Assembly (NCBI GenBank): GCA_964016885.1
Contig: OZ024740.1
Location: 353,400,001-353,464,000 of the forward strand
Source of the DNA: Eledone cirrhosa
Taxonomy: Eukaryota
Reading direction: 5' to 3'
Length of the DNA stretch: 64,000 nt
Part shown: positions 13,806-25,146 of the stretch, piece by piece
Numbering within the stretch: the stretch's first letter is position 1
Layout of the letters: every line of letters begins with the position of its first letter
The notes under the pieces: generated by a model
What the model saw: the letters and a program-made list of their open reading frames with translations, nothing else
Told to the model about the DNA's origin: nothing
Database searches by the model: none
Made by a program: the position numbers and the translations under genes

Positions 13806-14030
13806 ATGTATGTATATGTATGTATATGTATTTGTAGAGATGTGTGTATGTATGTGTATATATGTGCATAATTGTCTGACTGTGTGTATTTATTTATTTT
13901 TTTAATATATATATATGTGTATGTATATATATGTGTGTATGTGTGTGTACATATATGTATATATGTGTGTTGTGCGTATGTGTATATATATGTGTATGTA
14001 TATATATGTGTATGTATATATATATATATG

Positions 14031-14108
<78 letters not shown>

Positions 14109-14861
14109 TGTATTTATATGTATGAGTATATGTTTTACTTGGTTTTATGTATATGCATACAAACAGGTTAATATGCGTGAGGTTAAGTATGTGTATGTGT
14201 GTGTACGTATGTATGTATCGAACGTATGGATGTGTAAATGTGCGTATGTATATAAGCATGTATATTTTATGTCTCTCTTTTATGTTTTTTTTATGTTTTT
14301 ATTATATTTCTTTTATTTCTAAATTTATAGATACATTTTTATAAATATGCTGAGTCTGACACCCTCCTTAATTACTTACTCCCTTACCTCCTTTTAATTC
14401 TGCATCTGGATGTAAGTGTGTGTGGCCGTGTTTATGTGTGCGCCTCAATATCCATATAGTTATAATAATAATATATACGTGTGTGTGTGTGTGTATATGT
14501 GTGTATGTGTTCGTAGGTATGTGTGTGTTTATGTATATATGCGTGTGTGTGTATGAATGTATGTATATGTGTGTATATATGTGTGTATATATATATATGT
14601 ATATGTATGTATATTTTGTCTGTGGATTATAAACATACAGAGACATTAGCCCTGAATTTTTATATTTACATACACTTTTTCGACATGCGTATGCATGTGA
14701 ACATACATTTTTATGCATATCTGTGAACGAAGTTACTTGCATATATACACACACCTAACTGTATTTTCTTGATGAATTTTTATGTATTTCATCGGTCTAT
14801 TTAAAATCTGTTCCCAAACAGACCTGTAATTTTGAATTGTTGTTATTATCAATAAATATAC

Positions 14862-15004
14862 TTCATTATTTCTGAAGACAGCATATATATGTGATGGTAT
14901 GTATATTCTCTTTGATAGTTTGTATAATTTTGTACATAGATCTTTTGAATATGCATGCCAATTCTAACACATATATGTCCTAGAAACGATCGTTAAATAA
15001 TGAA
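14862..15004 (+). ncRNA. Hammerhead ribozyme (type I, extended stem II)
   Basis: Stem I TTCATTATTT/AAATAATGAA (10 bp), core CTGAAGA, a ~104-nt stem II insert with nested helices, then GAAAC-GATC-GTT (palindromic stem III, GUU site). Confidence 0.7.
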
Positions 15005-15199
15005 CTTTTTTTGTTTAATATAAGGAACTGTTTCATTGTTTTATTCATTATTTTTTAAATATTTTATCTTGACTCTGTATTCCGTTTATCTTTCACCGAA
15101 AGTGATTTTTGAATGCATCTCTTCTTTCCATGATATCCGAATTACATTGAGTTCTTCATACGGATTGGACACTACCGTAAACTTTTGGTAGATTTATCT

Positions 15200-15249
<50 letters not shown>

Positions 15250-15254
<5 letters not shown>

Positions 15255-15431
15255 TAGTATATTTACCAACATATGTGTACAGATGTTCACCTATGCTAGC
15301 AAATATATATGTTATGTCTTACTACCTTTGTGGTTCTATGCATAGAACCACAAAGGTACTAAGACATAACATATATATTTGCTAGCATAGGTGAACATCT
15401 GTACACATATGTTGGTAAATATAGTAATTCT
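15250..15431. repeat. Spacer-less palindrome (91-bp arms, 2 mismatches)
   Basis: Centre ...ggttctatg|catagaacc... at 15340/15341. Forms the left end of a Penelope-like pLTR remnant. Confidence 0.92.
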
Positions 15432-15712
15432 CTATATTTATCTCCAAATTATTTGTTGAGCAAAACTTGCCAACATTTACTGCTGATTCATGGTAGTAGT
15501 AGGCTCTTGTCATAATACCACCCCGCTCCTAACTGATTAACCTCAGTGTCACGTGATTGATTCTTTAGAATCTGCCACTGACCAGAGGCAGTGAATTTTT
15601 TCAGTGCTCTGGAATTTAGTCCTCGCTAGCTTTGTTCCACCCACTGAATTATTATTATTTTTATATGGGTTCCTAGTGTCCGCGCATCACCTGGGAACTT
15701 AGCTGAGAATAG

Positions 15713-15794
15713 ACTCCCTGATGACGTAAGGAATTCTCTATAGTTATATTATGTAACTATATTTATCCCCTTACAGAAACTAATTAGTTGGAGT
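15713..15794 (+). ncRNA. Hammerhead ribozyme (type I, long stem II)
   Basis: Stem I ACTCC/GGAGT, core CTGATGA, stem II GTAAGG...CCTTAC enclosing an inner hairpin, then GAAAC-TAATTA-GTT (palindromic stem III). Confidence 0.75.
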
Positions 15795-15874
15795 GAAAAT
15801 TTTAGTAAGTAAGTTGATTTTTAATTTTTAAAATTTCCTTATTTTACGTCTTTCATATATATATATATATATCA

Positions 15875-16200
15875 TAATCATCTCTGTTTGACGTCCATTT
15901 TTCCATGCTGGCACGGGTTAGATGTGTTGTCCTGTTGTGAGCAATACCAGGTCGGTTGACCATGTCTTGCTTGTACAGAACCGATTTTGTCTTGTTTTCT
16001 ACAGTTGGATGCTTTTCCTAGTGCTAACCAAATTTACAGTGAGTGCTGGGTGCTTTTTGTTGTGACGCCTACATGACCACTTTACAGTGTGGACTGGGTA
16101 CTTTTAGCCATGACACCTACACGACCACTTTGCAGTGTGGGCTGGGTGCTTTCTTTCCATGTTGCTGTCACTACCACTTTACGGTGTGGGCTGGAGGCTT
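15875..16200 (-). mobile_element. RTE (family B) 3' UTR fragment with ~50-bp internal repeats
   Basis: Matches 25441-25700. Contains repeated 'accactttacagtgtgggctgggtgct' units. Confidence 0.7.
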
Positions 16201-16276
16201 CACTGGATGTATGTCCTCATGGGAGATGTATGGGAGTATATATGTATATATATATGATGATGATGATGATATATAT

Positions 16277-17112
16277 CCCAAACTATTGTGCTGCTGTGAG
16301 AAGGGTTCAACGCTGCTAACTGGCGTCTCTCTCCTCAGCGGTGCCATCCTGTTCCAGGTTCCCAAAATTAGGTTCTGCCCTGAGAAAGTTTCAGCGCTGC
16401 AAACTGGCCAGTACCACACTGTAAATGTGGTTGCGGCTTCCTAACTGAAATACTGTTGTGAGAAGGGTTTAGCACAGCCAACTTGCCTGTCTCTCCTCAT
16501 AGCAGTGCCATCTAGTTTCTGGTTCCCAAACTATGATGCCAACTGGTCTGTCCCTCCTCATAAAGGTGCCATCCAGTTCCAGGTTCCGAAAATGTGTTCC
16601 TCTGTGATAAGGGTTCAGTGCGCCCAACAGGCCTGTCTCTCCTCATAGCGGTGTCATCCAGTTCCACACTGTAAATGTGGCTACAGCTCCCAAACTGGTA
16701 CTGCTGCTCGGCCAACTGTCCTGTTCCCCATCAAAGCAGTGCCATCCAGTTCCAGGTTCCCAAACTGTTGTTCCACTGTGTGAAGGGTTTGGCATGGCCA
16801 TCTGGCCTGTTCCTCCTTATAGCAGTGCCAACCATTTCCACGCTGTAATGGTAGGTGCAGGTCCCAAACTATGGTTCCGCTGTCTGAAGGGTTCGGCATG
16901 GCCAAATGGGCTGTCCCTCCTTATAACAGTGCCATTCAGTTCCAGGCTGTAAATGTGGTTTGTGTTAGGAAGGGCATCCAGCTATAAAACCCTGGTCAAA
17001 TTTACAGTCCCGTCGGAGAAAGGTATAACGTTGCCAATCCTGGTCAGATATGTCTCTCGACGCGGACGACCCATCTGGCCCTTGCAATGGACGTAAAATG
17101 GTGATGATGATC
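16277..17112 (+). repeat. Minisatellite (about 8 units of 60-105 bp) fused to an RTE-type 3' tail
   Basis: Units 'cccaaact...gaagggtt...gcctgtctctcctcatagcagtgccatccagttccaggtt' span 16277-16945, followed by 'ttaggaagggcatccagc...ggacgtaaaatggtgatgatga'. Confidence 0.75.
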
Positions 17113-18344
17113 CAGAATTGACTATTGAACTTTATTATTTAATGGTGAAACATATTTCTAAAGCAATAATGGAATATGTATGAAGGAGAAAAATAATTAT
17201 TGCCAGGTATCTATAGTTGAAGTTTTTGTTATAATTTAATTTGTTACCTTTTGTAACTGTGTTCTTACATTCTTTACAAATTATCTCCTGTTAATGTTTG
17301 ATATATTTATTTATATATATGTCAATCGACATTTTAATTTTATATCATCATCATCATTGTTTAACGTCTATCTTCCATGTTAGACGGTTTTGTTCCATTT
17401 GATGCGGGATTGGTCGGGAGACCGTGTCTCGCTCATATGGAACTGTCTCTAGCAGGTTTTCTATGGCTGGATGCCCTTCCTAACTCCAACCACATATACA
17501 GTGTGGACTGGGAGCCTTTTTAATGTGTCTCCTACATGACCACTTTACAGTGTGGACTGGGTGTTTTTTGTTGTGTCACCAACACAGTGGAAGAAAATGG
17601 GAGGATGTGGTAGGGTGTGTGGTGTGGGGTGTATATTGGCATGTCTTCTAGAGTGGTTATTAAATAACTATCCAAATCTAAAGATTTGAAAATAGAGGTA
17701 ACCAGGATTTCTGGACATAAACAAACCCTATAATGTTAACTGCTTTTGAAATGATTAAAAAACACATAAACAAATATATACAAAATAGAGAGGATTTACA
17801 AACATCAGATGTAGTATATTACAATGATCCGGTTATAATATAATGGTCATGTTTGTCTAGATTGAGAACAAGAATCCTCCAGATATAATTATCAAAGAGA
17901 AGAATGAAAATCTCTCTTCTGATAGACTTTTTGACCCCTTCTGATCAAAACATTGCTTGGAAAGAGGTTAAAAACCTCTCAAAGTGTAATTGAACTGGGC
18001 AGGATGTGAGGTATGAAATAGAGCCAATACCAAAAATAATTCCTAACCCATGCTAGCGTGGAAAATGGACGTTAAACAATAATTGTTTCTACTTTAGGCA
18101 CAAAGCCAGCAGTTACCCAGTGCATTACTGGTAACAATAATGATGATGAATTGGAACTCTAAATATGCTAAAAAACATGAACAATTGCAGAATAGCCGTA
18201 CCAAGATTGATGGCTGCATACAGTCCCCAAAATAGCTTTCTGTGGCATATCCTTCATCCTAGACATACTTACACAATTAGCAACCAATAAAATAACACAG
18301 TGTGTTCTCTGACGTGTAACTGACACCCAGTACTATAAAACATG

Positions 18345-19635
18345 TAGATGACTTCACATTGTATAGTGCTGCAGATAAACAAATGACAGTTCTTTCACAG
18401 ACACTACATACATTCAGTAAAGGAATTTATGAAAAATTCAGTTTAGAAAAATGTGTCAAGGCAACATAGAGGAAAAGAAAATTAACGAAAACCACTAATA
18501 TCATGTTAGATAAGGAAACAGAAATACAAGGGTAAGACCACACACAGTCTTACAAATACTTTGAAATGAATGAACCAAACACACATACAAATAAATAAAA
18601 GCTTAGGGTGAGATAGTATAGACACTTTAGATTAATACTTAAAACTGTATTAAATACACAAAATAAATAAATAAAAAATAAGGTAATAGGCATCAATACT
18701 CCAGTTATATCACCCTTTAGCATTTACATTACTCTATACATACTATGAGTTTTGATGTTATTTATTTTGAGAACAATACCTTAACACCAGTATGAGTGGC
18801 CAGTTACAGCTGGTTTAAATGCTAAAGGGTTAAATAAGTTATAATTACAATATTCTCAAGTGGAAACTAAAATAATTAGCAAAACTTGACAGGAAAACAA
18901 TGGAAATAAAGGAAAGGAAAGGTTTCTCTTTGTTGAATATAAGTCACCAATTTAGCGGAGAAGTATTTAGAAGTTGGTAAGGTTGCCACGAGGAACCAGG
19001 TTTGGTAGAAAGATATGATAGGAATATCGACCACGACTTTAGCTTGTTTTTACATTATTTATTAACAAAGGTTGAGCTGGCATGCCAAGAGAAATTAAAC
19101 AAACGAATTAAGATTCCAGAAAGACACGGGCTACTGGCTGAGAGAAGCGTTGCCAGGCCGTGGTTAAATTGTTGTGTTACATATTGGCTAGTGATTTCAT
19201 GGCGCAAGAAAAATGGTTGTTTACCTTAGCACGGTCGAAGCTGCGAGACATAGCGTCCTCAAATCTTTGCGGGCTATTTCTCCCTCAGAACGCGTAGGGA
19301 TACATCCTCTTCTACTGGTGCTGATTGGCTGAGCTGAGCCAAATCATGCACAGAGAATGTATGTGAGCCCACGGAATGTAGGTCACTACAGAAATAATAG
19401 CTCAATTTATGATAGAACACACAAAATTACAAACAGAAATATTATATTAACCACAATTACAGGGATGTAGGGGTCGTCTGCAACTAAAGATACCCAATGT
19501 TGATGTCAAAGACAATCAGGAAATGAAGTGTTGCTTGATTGCAGTATCAGTTCTAATGGCTGATAAGAAATGAATACATTAATCAAATGTTAAGATCTGG
19601 AAATAGAGATCATCGGAATGTTGAGACTGAAAGAA
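18345..19635 (+). mobile_element. Degraded Dong/R4-clade (RLE) LINE fragments, interrupted
   Basis: Conceptual translation gives VDDFTLY...FSLEKC...SYKY, then KLDRKT, then an RLE-like VKDNQEMKCCLI...DLEIEI. Related pieces lie at 17665-17770, 20385-20600 (LQKTCLLGTAQILRK followed by TAA repeats) and 33955-34380 (-). Confidence 0.55.
18909..19390 (-). mobile_element. LTR-like insertion (possible solo LTR)
   Basis: CpG-richer block interrupting the Dong remnant. The minus strand starts TGTAGTGA. A direct repeat GAAATA(A) lies at 18903 and 19391, and there is a minus-strand AATAAA near 19040. Confidence 0.4.
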
Positions 19636-20189
19636 ATAATCATCACCATTTTATGTCCACTTTCCAGACTGGCAAGGGTTAAATCGGTTGTCATGGTCTA
19701 AAACTAGAGTGGTCAAGGAACCATGTCTTGCTCATACATTCCATATTTTAACATGGCTTCTATGGTTAGGTGCCTTTTCTAATGCTAACCAGTTTGCAGT
19801 GTACTGGGTGTTTTCATTGTGGCACCAGAACTACCACTTCATAGAGTGTACTGGGTGCATTTTATTGTGACTATAGAAGTTGTATTTTTGGCTAAACTGG
19901 AGAGTCCTCTCTACCCTGTATCATTTCTGTTCAATTACCAACCACTTTACCGTGTCACGATTACAGGAGAGGTTCTCAGGTACTCAGCATGTGCAGAGAG
20001 TCCTCTCTATGTTGTCTTGACCATTCCAAGGAGGCTTAAAGGGACCTCTCATCACATTTACGTTTAGCCTTGCAGTACTTGTACTGGTGGGTGGGTCTTT
20101 TGTATTATTGCATGTTTCCAGTCAGTTCAGTCCTGTGTCATCTCTCCATGCAGTTAGCTTCCTTATAATAATAATAATAATAATAATAA

Positions 20190-20368
20190 TAATTGTTTCT
20201 ACTTTTGGCACAAGGCCAGCAATTATCCCAGTACATTACTGGTACTTTATTTTATCGATCCCGTAAGGATGAAAAGCAAAGTTGAACTCAGACCGTAAAG
20301 GGCCGTAACTCCATGCTGCAAAGCTTGGCGTGCGACCCTCTACCGATACTGCCAATCCACTGCCCTAT
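20190..20368 (-). mobile_element. tRNA-derived SINE family 2, embedded in (TAA)n
   Basis: Minus strand: ggcagtggattggcagtatcggtag (A box), ctgagttcaa (B box), ttttcatccttacgggatcgataaaataaagtacc body, and tail gaaacaattattatt. Confidence 0.8.
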
Positions 20369-21310
20369 AATAATAATAATAACCACTCCAGAAAACATGC
20401 CTACTGGGAACAGCTCAAATATTGAGAAAGGGTCTGGATTATTAGCAATAGTGAATTGATAAGGAAGGATATGAAAAGGCTGAGGTTACTCTATGTTATT
20501 GGTTGTCCCTAAAATAACCAGCCCAAAACAACATCAAAGTTGGTCGTGAGAAATAGTCAAATAATGATAATAATAATAATAGGTGCATTGGGAATAATTG
20601 AGAAGAATAGAGACAAATACCTAACCCAAACTTCTTACAGGGTTGGAGTAACCATTAAGCAAAATAAACACAGGCTTAAGGCATCATGAGAAGAGATGCC
20701 ACTTCATTCAAATTAAATGTATTTGTCATTAAAAAAAAAAAATTTCTTGCACCATAACCTTTTAAGTGCTTAGGGCTGAAAAGGACTTAATCCTGCCTTG
20801 TGCACAACACACAGGAAATAACACTATCAGGCACTGCACACATATTACCTCAAGTATCTTCGATACAATAGAAAAGACAAACAAAACAGCGTATGTATCC
20901 AAGGAATTTTGAAACATGCTCCATAATGTAGTGGAAGCTATCATCATCATCATCATCGTTTAACGTCCATCTTCCACGCTAGCATGGGTTAGACGGTTTT
21001 GTTCCATTTGATGCAGGAATGGCCGGGAGACTATGTCTCGCTCTCATGGAAGAATTTCTGGCAGGTTCTTTTACAGCTGGATGCCCTGTATTATATGATT
21101 TCAGAATTCTATTTGTTTGGCAAGTGACTTATATAGATTATATCAAATTTGTAATATTTCAAAGGATATATATATATTAAAGCAAGAAAACTTAATAAAA
21201 TATATTTGTAGGGCCGACAATTTCTGTTATTAATACAGTTATCTCACAAAGGACAGTCTTTATATTAATTTGTGTGATATATCTGTAAAATGTAAAAAGA
21301 TGAAATTAAA

Positions 21311-24300
21311 CATCATCATCATCATCATCATCAGGTTTAGCGTCCGTGTTCCACGCTTGCATGGGTTTGGACGGGGGTTTTCCCACTTGAGGCAAGAGTG
21401 GTTGTCTTGCTCGCATAGGACTGTCTGGCGGGTTTTCTACAGTTGGATGCCCTTCCTAACACCAACCACATTTACAGTGTGGGGCTGGGAGGTTTTTACC
21501 GTGTTGCCTACACGGCCACATTACAGCGTGGACTGTCTGGCGGGTTTTCTACAGCTGGATGCCCTTCCTAACACCAACCACATTTACAGTGTGGGGCTGG
21601 GAGGTTTTTACCGTGTTGCCTACACGGCCACATTTACAGCGTGGACTGTGTGTTTTTTGTCGTGACACCTACACGATCTCATTTGTTTCGGCCTGGATGT
21701 TGTGGGACCAACATAACTTTACATTGAAAGGGGCGGTGTGGGTGGGGTGGAGGTGGTGGGACGGGGGTGTGTTTTGATAGAGATGCCTACTGACTGTAGT
21801 AGGTTTTTACTTTGTATTTAGGTAAGGCGGGTCTTCTCTATTACTGAGTACCGCCAAAGGTCTCGGTCCAGTGACATTGTCTTGGAGAGGTGTAAGCGTG
21901 TGAGGTCGGAATTTATCAGCTCTCCCATGTTTTTCTGGGTCTGCCTACTCCGTGGCTACCGTCTATCTTTATTGCCCTGCACTTTGTTATACGGCTGTCG
22001 TCTTTCATGCGCATCACGTGACCATACCAACGTAGCCTTCTCTCGAGTAAACAACATCTGATCCCTCTTATTTCTAATTTTTTCCTTAGTTCGTTTATGC
22101 TTTGCCGTTCACGTATATTACTATTGCACATCCAGCGGAGCATGCAAGCTTCGTTCCTCTCTAGTCTGCGTATATCCTCTGCACACAATGCACAGGTCTC
22201 ACTGCCATGCAGCATTGCTGTTCGTATGCAGGCATCGTATAACCTGCCTTTCATTTTTAGGGAGAACCCTTTAGCGGCTAATAGTGGTATAAGCTCTCTG
22301 AACTTTTTCCATCCAGTTCTGACTCTAGCTACTGTACTTTCAGAGCACCCTCCCCCACTGCTGATTTTGTCACCCAGATAACGGAAGCTGTCCACTATTT
22401 CTATAGAACCCTCTGCGCAGTTGAAGGAGCTAGTATTTTGTGGGCACTTGCTGCTACTTATTGCACCAGAGCACCGGCCACATGTAAAATCTATGTTCTT
22501 AGTTAGCTTACCTGTGATCCCACTACATCTTTTATGCACCCATACTTTGCATTTGGGACATAAAATGGAGTTTCTACCTACGCCTTTCCTACACACTGAG
22601 CATGGCCATTTCCCAGATGGGACCGCCGCCTTATTTTCTTTCCTACAAACTAGAACTTTAGTCTTAGCCAAGTTAATTTTAAGGCCTTTTGATTCTAGGC
22701 CGTGCTTCCATGTTTGGAATTTCTTCTCTAGTTCGGTTATTGATTCAGCTATGAGCGTTAGATCATCTGCGTATAGGAGTTCCCATGGGCAGCCGGTCTT
22801 GAACTCCTCTGTTATAGCCTGAAGGGCAATAATAAATAGTAGGGGGCTAAGAACAGAGCCCTGATGGACACCAACTTTTACGCTAAACTCTTCACTATAT
22901 TCGTTGTTAATTCTAACCTTACTGACTGTTTCTTTATACATGGCTTGTATAGCTCTCACAAGCCATTCGTCAACACCTAGTTTTCTAAGAGACCACCAGA
23001 TAATGGAACGGGGGACTCTGTCGAAGGCTTTCTCCAAGTCGACGAAAGCTAAGTATAGGGGTTTACTTTTAGCTAGGTACTTCTCCTGTAGTTGTCGTAC
23101 AATGAAAAGAGCGTCTGTGGTACTTTTGCCTGACACAAACCCGAACTGCATTTCATCTAGATCAATTCTCTCTCTGATTAGTTGCGCTATTACTTTTTCC
23201 GTGACCTTCATGACCTGGTCGATTAATTTAATGTCTCTATAGTTACTCCTATCTAGGGCATCTCCTTTTCCCTTATAGCAGTTAACGATGATGCTGCTAT
23301 GCCATTCCTTCGGAACAACCCCATTCTGTACGACTTGGTTAACTATCCGGATGACCATGGTGTGTCCCACCGAACCAGATGCCTTCAGCATCTCAGCAAC
23401 TATTTCCGAAGGCCCAGCCGCCTTACCCGTCTTCATATCTTTTATTGCCTTACTTATTATACTACCTTCAACTAACACTGCTGGTCCCTCTATTGGATCG
23501 ATCTGGGGGAGACTGTCTTTCTCCCATTTGTTCTCCTCATTTAGAAGCCTTTCGTAGTGACACTTCCAAGCTACCTTCTTATCAGCGTCGGTGATGGCAA
23601 GTATGCCATCATCGTTAAGTACACACTTCTCCCCGACAATATCACGGTTTTCCTTGACACATTGCCTGGCAATCCTGAACACCTCACGTTTTTGGTCCTC
23701 ACGTTGTAGAACATGCTTAAACTTTCTTTCCTCTGCTTCCCTTCTTGCGAAGTACACTTGTCTCCTAGCTTCCCTCCTGGCCACTTGATAGTCTTCTCTA
23801 CTTCCCCCATCCCGCCATACTTTCCAAGCCTGCTTTTTGGCCTTAATTGACTCCTCCACCTTACTGTTCCACCACCATGTTACTCTCCTCCTACCTACAG
23901 GCCTGCTCCAGCCACAGACTTCGTCTGCCGCCGTCAGCAGGTTTGCTCTCAGGAATTCCCACTGTTCCTCTATATTATACGACTCTAATTGCTCTTCCTT
24001 ACTGTCGAAAGCGTCAAGTAATATGCTTTGAAATTTATTTCTGGCTATGGGGTCCTTTAGCTTCCATATTTTTCTCCTGAGGATAGTCCTCTTCCGCTGT
24101 CTAGTATGTCTCGTCCTGACTATGAGGTCGCTAATTATCAGTCTATGTTGGGAGGTGAATTCTTCATGGGGGTAGGATTTAGTGTTAACAACAGACACTC
24201 TGTCACGTCTTCTGGTAAGGATATAATCTACCTGGCTTGTGTGTTCCCCCGATCTATAGGTGATCAAGTGATTGTCTCGTTTTTTGAAGTTAGTGTTACA

Positions 24301-24339
24301 GATAGTTAAGTTATTTGCGTCGCAGAATTCCAGGATTCT
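21311..24339 (-). mobile_element. RTE LINE family A, 5'-truncated, with an ~808-codon open frame and a 1-nt frameshift near the C-terminus
   Basis: ORF 21916-24339 covers the APE end, RT and PHD. KTWES* here versus KTWDELINSD in the intact copy. (GAT)n tail. Tandem duplication in the 3' UTR. Confidence 0.96.
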
Positions 24340-24429
24340 AAACACTAAAAGATAATTTGTATGGCATATATTCAATCAAGTAAATAAATCTTTCGCCTTT
24401 TACCACTCTTGTAGTAATAATAATAATAA

Positions 24430-25146
24430 TAATTGTTTCTACTTTTGGCACAAGGCCAGTAATTATCCCAGTTCATAACTGGTACTGTATTTTATCGACT
24501 CCGTAAGGATGAAAGGCAAAGTTAACTTTGGTGGAATTTGACCTCAGATCATAAAGGGCCGTAACTCTATGCTGCAAAGCATGGTGTCCGACCTTCTACC
24601 AATACTGCTAATCCACTGCCCTAATAATAATAATAATAATAATGGCTTCTGATTTGGGCCGAAATCCGAAAATTGATTAAATCAACCTCATGAACCCATT
24701 AAGATGAAAGGCAAAGCTAATCTCGATGGTATTTGAACTCAGAACGTAAAGGGGCATAGCTATATGCTGCGAAGCATGTCTAAAACTCTACCGGTACTAC
24801 CAATCCACCATCCTTGGTTAATAATAACAATAATTGTTTCTAATTTAGGTACAAGGCCAACAATTTTAGGGGAGAGGAAAGTCAAATAAATCGACTCCAG
24901 AACATTATTGGTGCTTTATTATATTGACCCCGTAAGGATGAAAGGCAAAGTTAACCTCTGCGAGATTTGAACTCAGAATGTAAAAAGATGTAACTCCATA
25001 CTGCAAAAGCATGGCGTCCAACCCTCCACCGATCTCTACTATAGACACAAAGCCAGCAATTTTTGGGGGAAGGGAAAATCAACTAAATCTACCCCAGCAC
25101 ATTACTAGTACTTTATTTTAACATCCTGTAAAGATGACAGGCAAAG
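24430..25146 (-). mobile_element. Tandem cluster of four family-2 SINEs, mostly separated by (TAA)n
   Basis: Copies at about 24430-24622, 24643-24815, 24832-25030 and 25043-25146, all in the same orientation. Confidence 0.8.

Larger units (their letters stand above)
10713..15200 (-). mobile_element. Penelope-like element, 5'-truncated, with a long inverted pLTR (arms 10713-12194 and 13741-15067)
   Basis: 13272-13740 (-) encodes CNCRNKANCPLKGNCLVNNIVYKCKV...SYIGATSNNFKVRF..H...CRLC..E...LLNKRQE, a GIY-YIG C-terminus. The 3' region is duplicated in inverted orientation, starting right at the truncation point. Each arm holds a hammerhead. Confidence 0.9.
15250..15856 (+). mobile_element. Penelope-like pLTR/3' remnant of a second family, flanked by (TA)n
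   Basis: Fold-back start, hammerhead at 15713-15794, bounded by TA microsatellites. No coding sequence is retained. Confidence 0.6.

Noticed and set aside
11026-14754. Many YI/CV/HT-rich ORFs (also 6395-6944, 43161-43865, 53434-53652, 57908-58246)
   Set aside because: They are translations of (TA)n/(CA)n microsatellites, not genes.
16030-16945. Repeat-spacer appearance resembling a CRISPR array
   Set aside because: The context is eukaryotic, the units are degenerate with homologous 'spacers', and there are no cas genes. RTE UTR modules and a minisatellite explain it.
22097-24309. Recurrent antisense ORFs over RTE copies (also 39053-42145, 25876-26994, 1188-2955)
   Set aside because: They are shadow frames of the LINE ORF, repeated only because the elements are homologous.
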